Origin: an uncultured delta proteobacterium
GTDB taxonomy: Bacteria; Myxococcota_A; Polyangia; Fen-1088
Direction: 5' to 3'
Length of the DNA stretch: 64,000 nt
Assembly (NCBI GenBank): GCA_963737265.1
Contig: CAVTRY010000012.1
Span: forward strand, 256,001-320,000
A model generated the notes under the pieces. It was not told the origin of the DNA. It searched no databases and worked only from the letters and a program-made list of their open reading frames with translations. Position numbers and translations under genes: made by a program. Below, one piece after another: positions 40,948 through 50,355 of this stretch (its first letter is position 1; each line of letters starts with the position of its first letter).

Positions 40948-41330
40948 CATGTAGTCAGGGCCGGGCACGACCCGGCGAGGGAGGGTCATGCATGGGTTCT
41001 CGGAAAACGGCAGGGGAAAGTTGCGCGAAAAAGTACCTTGGAAGGGACTTGGGGGGAAGACTATCGGACGGAATTTCTGAGTTGCGCGAAAGAGTACCCT
41101 CGGACGGGATTTCCGGGAGAAAAAGTACCCTCGGACGGGATTTTACGGGATTTTAAAGAGGGTATTTCCGGGGGAAAAAGTACCCTCGGACGGGATTTTG
41201 GATTGAAGTACCCTCGGACGGGGATCTGGGGATTTTAAGGATTTTGGATTGAAGTACCCTCGGACGGGGATCTGCGGACGGGGATCTGCGGACGGGGATC
41301 TAAGAAGTACCCTCGGACGGGGATCTGCCG
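40948..41330 (-). mobile_element. HUH-transposase 5' remnant plus an amplified motif cluster
   Basis: MTLPRRVVPGPDYM, the leader, six exact motif copies and a CGGACGGGGATCT(G) triplication. Confidence 0.8.
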
Positions 41331-41671
41331 GAATAGTCCTTGTGCCCCGAGGCTCAAACTATCGCGACCAGCTGGCGCAAACCCGTCTCGAAGCCGACGC
41401 CCGTCGGCTAACCAATCTCCGCGACCATTTCGAGCAGCAGATCCTTGCCCGTGTCGGGGACCAGGCTCACGCAGGCTCGAAAGCGCGTCGGCCCGACCAA
41501 GCAAGCGCTGGTGACCACCACGCGGGATGGACTGGCATGTCCTTGACATCTCCTTTTCCAGAGGACCGGTGTCTACCGAAATGACCCTCGGACCGGGGTC
41601 TCTGTCTCCGGACCGAGACCGACCGTCAGGATCTCCGAAGCGGGAATGTTTCATCTGCTGCAACCTGTGAA

Positions 41672-41685
41672 ACATGTTAACATGT
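41672..41685. promoter_or_regulatory. Perfect palindrome, putative antitoxin operator
   Basis: ACATGTTAACATGT, 4 bp before the ATG. Confidence 0.6.
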
Positions 41686-41689
41686 ACCC

Positions 41690-41953
41690 ATGACTCACAT
41701 GACAGTGCGTGACGTCCGACTCCACTGGCCCGCGGCCGAGAAAGCTCTGGCCAATGGTGAGGAGATCGTGGTTACCCGAGACGCGAAGCCAGTCGCACGT
41801 CTCCTACCCTTCGTTCCGTCTACGCCACGGGTTCGTTCTCCCTTCAATCCAGCGTTGCACTTCCGTCGACTCAAACGCTTCTGGACGAACCAGTCTACGC
41901 AACCGTCAACGGACGAATGGCTGGCGCGCGATCGCTCAGATGCCACCCAATGA
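41690..41953 (+). CDS. Phd-like antitoxin
   Basis: GEEIVVTRDAKPVARLLP. Confidence 0.85.
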   Translation: MTHMTVRDVRLHWPAAEKALANGEEIVVTRDAKPVARLLPFVPSTPRVRSPFNPALHFRRLKRFWTNQSTQPSTDEWLARDRSDATQ

Positions 41954-42384
41954 GCCTGTACCTCGACACCAGTTGTCTCCTCAAGCTCCTCTTTCCTGAA
42001 CCAGAGAGCCCGACCACTGCGCTACTAATCACCGCTGAGAGCCGTGTCGTGGTATCCACGCTCGCTCGCCTCGAAGCCATGGTTCAAATCCAGGGTCGCG
42101 TCGCAGGTGGACTATTCACGGCTCGATCCGCGTCCACGCTCACTCGCCTTCTCGACCAAACCCTCGCGGCCACTCCGTTCGATCTGGTTCCCACACCTCC
42201 CGGCGTTGACGGTGTTGCTGTTGGTCAGCTCTTTCCCCTCGGTCGTTCAGTTCACTGCCGAACCCTCGACCGGTTGCACCTGGCGGCCATGCAAGCCATT
42301 GGTTTGCGCCGCATTCTCACCAACGACGAGATCCAGGCCCGCGCTGCCGCCGCCCTCGGGTTCGATGTCCTCCGTCCACGATAG
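41950..42384 (+). CDS. vapC: VapC/PIN toxin
   Basis: LYLDTSCLLKL...RTLDRLHLAA...TND. Confidence 0.9.
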   Translation: MSLYLDTSCLLKLLFPEPESPTTALLITAESRVVVSTLARLEAMVQIQGRVAGGLFTARSASTLTRLLDQTLAATPFDLVPTPPGVDGVAVGQLFPLGRSVHCRTLDRLHLAAMQAIGLRRILTNDEIQARAAAALGFDVLRPR

Positions 42385-42469
42385 TCTCCCGATTGACAAC
42401 TCGGCATGTATGGGTTCTCGGAAACGGCGGCAGAAAGTTGCGCGCAAAAGTACCCTCGGACGGGATCTC

Positions 42470-42921
42470 GCGCGACCCTTGCTGGGAGCCTGCGACACGT
42501 CGATGTACGGGACGTGGGGCACACGAAAACGCTGCGACAGCTTCTCGCCGATTTCGGACTCGGAAAAACCCGCATCGGCCAGACGCGCGACGTAGCGGAC
42601 GGCGTAGAAGGAAGCCCGGCAGGCGCTGTCGCGTTTGACCGAGTGGAGCAGGCTGTGCCCCTTGCCACACGCCGAGGGCTCGCGGTTGACGACCTGGTCG
42701 AAGACCTTGTGCTTGAATGCGTCCAGCTTACCGAGGTCGATGCCGGCCGGCCAAGCATCGTCGTCGGCAGGGCCGGCTGGCCGCTGGTCGTCAGTCGGCT
42801 TGGCGAGCGCAGACGATGCGGTGTTTGCCGGTTGACTGGGAGGGGCTTTCTTCGTGCATGCGCTGGCCGCTGCGACGATCACGATGGGGAGCATACCTCG
42901 GAGCATGCGAGACAAGAGCAT
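42470..42921 (-). pseudogene. 5' half of a DsbA/thioredoxin-family lipoprotein, cut at the motif
   Basis: Lipobox ASAC; EPSACGKGHSL...C; ends IDVSQAPSKG just before the expected thioredoxin fold. Confidence 0.65.
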
Positions 42922-43185
42922 TGGGCGAAGAATAGTCCCTGTGCTCCGAGGCGCAAACTATCGCGACCAGCACCGTCGTGTGCCGACGAACCGTCCAAAA
43001 TCAGTGGTTGCTTGCCATCTTCCGCGGTAAAGGAAGACCTCGTTTCGGGCCCCGCACATGATCTGCTGGCGCGAACCCGTCTCGAAGCCGACGCCCGTCG
43101 GGTAACCGATCTCCGCGACCATTTCGAGCAGCAGATCCTTGCCCGTGTCGGGGCGTGCGCCTCAACGGAGGAAGTCATCGCCTGC

Positions 43186-43450
43186 GGCGGGTAATCATGT
43201 AGTCACGGCCGGGCACGACCTGGCGAGGGAGGGTCACGCATGGGTTCTCGGAAACGGCAGCAGAAAGTTGCGCGCAAAAATGACCCTCGGATGGGATCTG
43301 AAGCATCCTGGCGCAGGAAAAATCGCCGCTCGGAACAGCGGCGGGTAATCATGTAGTCACGACCGGGAACGACCTGGCGAGGAATGGTCACGCATGGGTT
43401 CTCGGAAACGGCAGCAGAGAGTTGGGCGAAAAGTACCCTCGGACGGGGTC
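43186..43450 (-). mobile_element. Two tandem 5'-end remnants of the HUH-transposase element
   Basis: VTLPRQVVPGRDYMITRR and VTIPRQVVPGRDYMITRRCSERRFFLR, each about 40 bp from a motif copy. Confidence 0.8.
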
Positions 43451-43619
43451 TTCGACGACGAAGCAATCGGCGATTGTGCGTTGGGGAAAATTGGGGTGAT
43501 GCTTTTTGTGCGCGATGGTGTCGATGAAAGTCAGCAAGGCGCGATTACCTTGATCGATGCCGTGGATCTCGCGACCGGGGAGCGCTCTCACCCCGATCTG
43601 CTCGAATTGCTGGCGCAAG

Positions 43620-44380
43620 GGCCCGGCCTACGACACATCTCGCCAGGCGCGTGGTTTCACCTTCATTCCGCTTTGGGGCTTCGCCGTCGTCCTGTGGTAC
43701 TACATGCGACGGGTCGACTGTTGCCGGTGTGGGGTGACCGTCGAGGTGGTGCCGTGTCCAACCGGCAAGGAGAGGTCGTGCACGGTCTACCAGCACTTCC
43801 TCGCTTTCTGGGCCAAGCGCCTGGCCTGGTCCGACATCGCGCGGCTGTTTCACACCGCGCCGTCGAGCATGTCGTGCCCTTGGGCCTTGGGCACCGCAAC
43901 CTCGACGGCATCAAGGCCATCGGCATCGACGAGATCGCCGTCTGGTCCGGCCACAGGTACCTTACCGTCGTCTACCAACTCGACGCTGGGGTCCACCGGT
44001 TGACTTGGGTGGGCTACGGCCGAACCAAGGGGAGCTGCTGCCGGGCTTTCTTCGTCTGGTTCGGACGAGCGCGCCGGGCTTTCTCGAGTTCGTCTCCTCG
44101 GACATGTGGCGCGCGTGCATCGGCGTTGCAGCGCCCCGCGTCTGCCTTCTCAGCTGCATCCTGCGGACCGTCCGTGCCTACCTCCACAAGGAGGCATTCG
44201 AAGCCTTCTGGCGCTATCGCTCCGCCGCCTGGGCCGGCTGGTTCCTCGATGCCTGGTGCAAACGCGTGATGCGTTCGCGCTTGGCCCCGCTCAAGGCCAT
44301 CGCCAAGCCCCTGCGCAATCACCGCGAGCTAATCCTCAACTGGTTCCTCGCCAAGAAGGAGATTTCCCAGGGCGTTGTGC
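43620..44380 (+). pseudogene. ISL3-family transposase, fragmented
   Basis: RRVDCCRCGV, AIGIDEIA...YLTVVY and RAYLHKEAF...RSRLAPLK...HRELILNWF spread across three frames. Confidence 0.88.
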
Positions 44381-44473
44381 AGACTGGTGAGGAGGCAAAA
44401 GAGGCACCCTCGGACGGAATTTTGGCTGACGGGGATTTGGATGCTCCGGACGGGATTTGCCGATACTTGTATC

Positions 44474-47400
44474 TCACGGGCAGCTGGACGGATCGGGTAC
44501 AGTCAAATATGCGGGACCTGACGTCCCAGGATTCCCGCAATTGTCTACAATTGTACAAGACACCACGTCTGACCATGCCGGGGCAACTTGTAGAACGAGG
44601 GTAGTTGCACCAATATAGTATCTATTGTCGCAATTCAGCACGTTCTGACAATGCCATTGTGCAGATGCTGCAGTAGCTCCACCTGAAAGGCTCGCCGTAA
44701 AATTAGCATAATCGCCAGATCCGCAGGGTGCAGCATAGGACTGAGGAAGGATTGCAACTTGCGGAGGATTGGGGTAGACGAAAACTGTTTTGCTTGCGGG
44801 TGAAGTGATATTGCAAGGTCCTTCAGCGCGAACATAGTACGTCGTGTTTGAAGTGACCGGTACGGTAAGCGCAGGCCCGGTTCCTATGCGCGTCCCTGAA
44901 GTGGAGTTCGCATACCATGCCCAGAAAGCGCCGCCGGTCCCCAGCGAACCGCCCGAGACGAAAAGGCTAAGCAGTTGTCCTGCACACACGGTTGTTGCTC
45001 CAGAGTAACTGATCCCCGTTGGCGACAAAGACGCGCCCGGCGTGGTGGCGCAGGAGACACACTGTGTCGTGCCACTACAAGAACCAGACGTACACTTTGT
45101 TGGCGTGGGCGCAGTACAAACACCGGTTTGGCAAGTCGACTGGCCAGTATAATATGCGCTTGAGCAAGATGGCCCGGCGCCGCAGGCGGTGCCATTGGCT
45201 TTGTTGGAGGCGTTACATACTGGATACCCGCTCGAACAGTCGGTAGTGCCAGTCTGGCAGTCGGTGTTGATGCCAGTTGTGCATGCACTACCCTGGCTGC
45301 ACGCGTTGCAGGTTCCAGTCGCGTCGCAAACGCCGCTGGTTGAGCCTGTCGTCGTGCAGGCCGCGCCAACGGAAAGTGGATAGCACGTCCCGGTCGAGCA
45401 GGAGTGGCACGTACCGCAGGCCGTGGAGCAGCAAACATTGGCGACGCAGGTGAGGCCGGGAGAGCACAGTGCGGTTGCCGAACAAGTCCCACCCACGCCC
45501 GCCCCATTGGCGCAGACGGCGCCGTTGCAACCGTAACCATTGCATCCTTTGGTTGTGGCTGTCGGGCAGATGCCAGGTGCGGGGGGACTATTTCCGGGGC
45601 ATAATGCAGCATAGGTTTGCGTTTGGGCCGTGCAGCTTGCCTGGATACAGGTGGTCTCCGCACCCGGATAGGAGCACGAGCTCAATCCATTGCAGGCTCC
45701 TTTGCAAATACCCTGGCCGGCGCAACCTGGGTGGTTGGCATGAGGCGCGCCGCCGGAGCTCAGGGTCGTGCATGTGCCAAAGTAGCCGGTGACGTTACAG
45801 GCCTGACAGGAGTCGGTGCAAGCATTGTTGCAGCAATAGCCGTCCGCGCAGGACAACCCGCTTGCGCATTCGGCTGTCGATGCGCATGCCGTGCCCTGCG
45901 TTTTCGGCGGGGCGCACACGGCTCCGTTGCAGCCGTAGTTACAGGTGTCAACGATGGGCGCGGCACAACCTCCCACGCCATCGCACATTTGGGCGCGGGT
46001 TGCTTGGTTCGTCGTCGTGTTACACGAAGCAGCCGGTCCGCAGGCATGGGTCGTGTCCAGGGGCTGGTCCTCCTTGCAGACCGGCGCGCCAGTCGAACAG
46101 TCGAGCTTTCCAGTCTTGCATACGTTGGTGGGAGGGCAGGAGTTGCCCTGCACGCAGGGCTCGCAGGCCGGAGTCGTGCTAGTGGTGCTATTGCAAACGC
46201 CGCCGGTGCATGCCGATCCGGGCGTCATGTTGGCGCAGGTCCCGTCTTGGACTCCCGTCTTGCTGCCCAGGCACGAACGGCAGGTTTGCCCGCATGCGCT
46301 GTCGCAACAGACACCTTCGACGCAGTTCCCGTTCTTGCATTGGTTGGTGGCGCCGCACTTGACTCCGAGGGCCAATTTCGCCGTACATGCTCCCGACGCG
46401 CAGTAGTCGCCGGTTATGCAATCCGAGTCAGCGGTGCAAGTCTTCTTGCACGCCGAGGTCGAAGCGCACACCAAGTCTGCCTGGCAGGCGTTGCTACTCG
46501 CAACGCAGGCGTGCTTGACGCCATCGCAGGCGGAAGTCGTCAGGGTCGAACCCAGGCATGAGTCGGTTGCGCAAGAGGTTGCCGCCGGGGTGTAGTGGCA
46601 AGCGCCGTTCCCATCACACATGCCGTCTAGTCCACAAGGCGGCGCGGCCGTACAAGTGCCGTGGCCTGGCTTGCCCGCCATCACGGGAAGACATTGCCCG
46701 GTGGTGGACACGGCCTGACCATTGAGAGTGCTCGTGCAGGCGAGACACCCTGTGCACACCAGCGTGTCGCAGCAGACACTGTCGGCAACGATCCCGCTCG
46801 TACACTGCGACCCAGCGGTCGCAGTCACCCCAAGTGCCAATTTCGTCGCGCAGGTTCCGGCGGCAGAGCAGTAGTTTGTCGTCCCGCAATCGGCATCCTT
46901 GGTACACGTCTTTAGACAGCCCGTCAGCGCACATTGAAAGGCCCCGCAGCTCTGTGGCGTACTGGTCGCGCAGGTCCCGGCACCATCGCAGGTCGCGGCG
47001 GGGGTGAAGTTCGTCCCGTTGCACGTGGCGGCGGCGCAGACCTTGCCGTTGCTCACCTTGTGGCAAAGCCCTTTTCCGTCGCAGGTACCGTCGTTGCCGC
47101 ACGGGTTGCTGGACGTCTCGTCCGCGCAAGCGGCGTGCGGATCCAGCCCGAGGCTTACAGGAGCGCAGGTCCCATCGTCGACACCGGTTAGGGTATTCTT
47201 GCAGGCGTTGCACCCAGCGCAGGGTTTGTCGCAGCACATGCCGTCGACGCAGCTATTGGAAACACAGTCGCCATTCGCTGAGCAGATCGCTCCGGCGGAC
47301 AAACCCCAGGGCCATCGCATCATCCTACATCGACGCAGGATCCATCAGAGTCTCGGCCATTTCTGGAAGGTTTTCCCCTGGGGTCGGTGCGCGCGCCGGT

Positions 47401-47999
47401 GTGCAGGCAGGTTCGGCAGCGCGCACGGGCGCGGAGACCGGCATAACTATCGGCATCTCCGCAAGATCACTTACAATTTAGATGCGTTGGCCCTGGGACA
47501 AACCCCCAGGGGCATCGTTGATCTGGGCTGGGGCATCGCGTCCGCCGCTGGTTCCACCACTACCTGTGCTGCCGCCAGCACCATTGCCAGCAAGACCACC
47601 GCCGTTCCCGGCGCCGCCGCCGGCATTGGCGCCGCCACTACCCCCACCGCCCGCGCCCCCTGCGCTGCCTGGTTGTGCGTCGAATACCACGGGCGTGCCG
47701 CCCGCGCCGAGGGCGCTATCGACCGGGCCGCCACCGTTGCCACCGTTTGGCCGTGCGTCGATCGCCACGGACGCCCCATCTGCGCCGTGCGCGCCATCGA
47801 CCGGGCCGTTGCCGCCGTCGAGAGCCAGAACACAGTGTCCGTTAGAGCAGAAATAGGGGCTAGGACAGGTTGACGCACTGTTACACTTGACCTTCGAAAC
47901 GTCGAGGCTGCGGAAGCAGGCCACGTTGAGGCAAACCAGCGCGGCGGCCCACAGCGCGATGTTTGGATATCGACGATTTCGAAAGGATGTCGCGTTCAT
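44474..47999 (-). CDS. Large Cys-rich repeat surface lipoprotein with a C-terminal Ig-like domain (frame damaged at about 47320-47480)
   Basis: LNVAC lipobox in the 47478-47999 part; C..G.CC...C...C..C repeats; TTYYVRAEG Ig-like motif. Confidence 0.8.
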
Positions 48000-48838
48000 C
48001 AGAAGCCTCCTGTCAACATAGCACCCATGTGTCCGGGGCCAACTGCGGGAACTAGAGCCACATTGGTCGACGAGCTTGCGCGGGACTTGATGCCGACCCC
48101 GATTAGAATTGCCCCGGTGGCCACGCAGGCCGCCCCAGCCCCGTAGCCCACCCAAGCGAGGGTCTTATAGGTCTTCTGGTTGTTTGCCTGGGCGGATGAA
48201 TAGCCGCCGACCGAGGTCTCCATGTTGTCGACAGTGCTATTGGCTTTCAGATTCAGAATAACGCCGCCGGCCACGGCCAAGATACCCACGCTGCCAACGA
48301 TGATTCCCGCGGTCGCCAGGCCGGTCCACCGACCGGCCGACGGACCCGGCTGGGACGCGGGTTCGACTACAGTCGTGGGGGATGGCTCTGGCGATGGCTC
48401 GGGTTTAGGCACAGGTGGCGGAGACGACGTGGCCTGGGTCGGCGAGATGCCGCGCTCCTCGGCAAGTTTTTGCTTGCAATCCGCGAGGTGCTTCTCGGCC
48501 GCGGCCTTGTCCTCGGGGCTCAACTTCTCTGGATCTGCACGCAGGTATTCGTCGAATTTGGCCACCGCGTCATCGTACTTTCGGCTCTGTTCAAGACAAC
48601 GACCCTGATTAAAAATATACGTTGGGTCATTAGTTTCAATAAAAAGGTCGGAGAGAATAGAAACGCCCTTGGCGTAGTCGCCGTTGAGACAAGCCTTCCG
48701 GGCCGCGCGATCTTGCGCCTGGTGGCTCGCGGCCACCGCCGGCGCGGCCGCTAGCAGCAAAGGAACGACCAAAAGAACGATGGCGAGAGCCGCCTTCAAA
48801 AAGAGGCTCCGCTGGGTGCGACTTCGACACTGGCTCAT
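47999..48838 (-). CDS. Exported TPR protein, paralogue of 23190-23960
   Basis: AC..GD..KGV..L..L; IFNQGRC; W(V/I).YG.GAA; terminal Phe; TGATG coupling to the lipoprotein gene. Confidence 0.82.
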   Translation of the reverse strand: MSQCRSRTQRSLFLKAALAIVLLVVPLLLAAAPAVAASHQAQDRAARKACLNGDYAKGVSILSDLFIETNDPTYIFNQGRCLEQSRKYDDAVAKFDEYLRADPEKLSPEDKAAAEKHLADCKQKLAEERGISPTQATSSPPPVPKPEPSPEPSPTTVVEPASQPGPSAGRWTGLATAGIIVGSVGILAVAGGVILNLKANSTVDNMETSVGGYSSAQANNQKTYKTLAWVGYGAGAACVATGAILIGVGIKSRASSSTNVALVPAVGPGHMGAMLTGGF

Positions 48839-48971
48839 AGCGGTAGATTCTGACGCAAAAGGTGGTCGTTGGCAAGCGAAATAGTGAAAATGCGGGTACG
48901 TTGCACGAACCGGTGCTCGGTGACTCTGTGGTGAAAACAAAAGAACAGCTTCATGGGCCACATCTATTGGG

Positions 48972-48991
48972 TTGACATGCACATGCATGTC
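48972..48991 (+). promoter_or_regulatory. -35 TTGACA overlapping a palindromic operator
   Basis: GACATGCA-CA-TGCATGTC upstream of the antitoxin. Confidence 0.6.
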
Positions 48992-49007
48992 TGAAATGCT
49001 GTCGAGC

Positions 49008-49247
49008 ATGAGAACGACGGTAGAAATCCCCGATGTGCAGCGGGCTCGCTTACTCGAGCTCGCCGCCCGGCGTGGGGAGAAGGGCTTTTCTCGTTTGGTT
49101 CAGGAGGCCGTCGACCGGTTATTGGCCGAGGACGATTCACGGGAGGTTCGCACCAAGGCGGCGCTCGCTCTTGAAGGGTCCATGGGGGCCAAGGAGGCGG
49201 ATGCGCTACTGGCATCGGTCGTGCGTATCAGGAGTACTTGGCGATGA
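49008..49247 (+). CDS. RHH antitoxin
   Basis: MRTTVEIPDVQRARLLELAARRGEKGFSRLVQEAVD. Confidence 0.85.
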   Translation: MRTTVEIPDVQRARLLELAARRGEKGFSRLVQEAVDRLLAEDDSREVRTKAALALEGSMGAKEADALLASVVRIRSTWR

Positions 49248-49630
49248 TGGTCGCCGATTCCGACGTCCTCATCGACTACCTGCGTGGCCAGTCGCCCTGG
49301 GCCGAGCGAATTAGGCTAGAGATCGAGACTGGCCATCTTGCTACGACTGCTGTCAACAGGTTCGAGCTGCTGAGCAGTGCGAAGAGCATAGTGGAGCTCG
49401 AAAAGGTGTCGAGCCTGCTTGCGGCGATGACCGTGCTTGGGTTTTCCGCGCAGGCGAGCGAACGAGCGGCAGAAGCACGACGTGCGCTCGAAGGGGAAGG
49501 ACAGGGCATCGGGATGGCGGACTACCTCATCGCGGGCGTCTGCCTGGCTAACGGCGGAGTACTCCTGACCCGCAACACGAAGCACTTTGAGCGAGTTCCC
49601 GGCCTGAAAATCAGTGGGCGCTATCTGTAG
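49244..49630 (+). CDS. vapC: VapC/PIN toxin
   Basis: DSDVLIDYLRG...DYLIAG...TRNTKHFERV. Confidence 0.93.
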   Translation: MMVADSDVLIDYLRGQSPWAERIRLEIETGHLATTAVNRFELLSSAKSIVELEKVSSLLAAMTVLGFSAQASERAAEARRALEGEGQGIGMADYLIAGVCLANGGVLLTRNTKHFERVPGLKISGRYL

Positions 49631-49688
49631 TTTTGTTAGAGCCGACTGCAACCCTTGCTGTCAGACGTGGATCCTTGCGATCTCGATA

Positions 49689-49982
49689 TCATCCTGACCA
49701 GCCTTCTGCGTCCCTTCGGTTCTGAGCGTCGCTTCTTCCTCCACGAGGTGCCGCGCCCCGCGCTGTGGATCGGACAGCGACGATGGCTCGGTCGCGGACC
49801 TCGCGCACGTCGGTCTCCTTCAAGGTCACCAAAGCGCGGGTTTGGCCAGAGGCAGTCACGAACTCGACATCCAGGCCATCCGGTTCATACGTCCCGACCA
49901 CGGCACCGAGATCCCCCACGCACAGCCCGCGTTTTGGAAGAGGCTTGTTCAACACCACCGTATCGAGCGCGTGAAATCTCAT
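49689..49982 (-). CDS. DUF4926-like protein
   Basis: LDTVVL...GL..GDLGAVV...VEFVTASGQTRALVTL. Confidence 0.8.
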   Translation of the reverse strand: MRFHALDTVVLNKPLPKRGLCVGDLGAVVGTYEPDGLDVEFVTASGQTRALVTLKETDVREVRDRAIVAVRSTARGAAPRGGRSDAQNRRDAEGWSG

Positions 49983-50170
49983 CGCGAGTCTCCTGGAAAG
50001 GCTGTCACGAACCTAGGAAAGTCTTCGCCCGCGAGGACGATCCAGGCTGTATAGCCGAGGCTTGCGAAGAATACAGCCTTGAAGCGGCCGACTGGGTGCG
50101 AGGGCGAGAGTAGGTAGTCCCGAATCTTGGCCGAGTCGATGACCGCACGTTCCGCGCCCGGCATCCTCAT
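49979..50170 (-). pseudogene. DUF6883-like protein with an apparent internal deletion
   Basis: AVIDSAKIRDYLLSPSHPVGRFKAVFF..LGY joined directly to WIV...PRFVTAFP. Confidence 0.7.
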
Positions 50171-50355
50171 ATTGCGGGCCTCGTTGTCGACGGTGTTCTC
50201 GGCACACCTGACTATCGGCAGCGCCTTCGCGGAAGTTGCGGGACAGCCGATGTCCCGCAGACGGTGAGCGGTGACCAACCAAATCCGAAGCCCCGGCACC
50301 AATCTACTCGGCGTCGGGGCTTTCGCTTTTCCGCCGATCGACCGGCGGCAACTCC

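Larger units (their letters stand above)
30610..44460 (+). repeat. Dispersed same-strand motif AAGTACCCTCGGACGGG(G)AT punctuating a TA and gene-fragment array
   Basis: Exact GTACCCTCGGA at about 31376, 38438, 39101, 39139, 39167, 39195, 41094, 41125, 41180, 41208, 41254, 41307, 42450 and 43433. Degenerate copies at about 30610, 30657, 31548, 32028, 39041, 39226, 41033, 41582, 43281 and 44403. Confidence 0.92.

Noticed and set aside
38993-41330. CRISPR array
   Set aside because: The repeat is short (about 20 bp), the spacers are irregular, low-complexity and reused, and there are no cas genes.
30610-44460. Classical integron with attC sites
   Set aside because: No integron integrase is present, the repeats lack RYYYAAC/GTTRRRY ends and long stems, and the genes lie on both strands.
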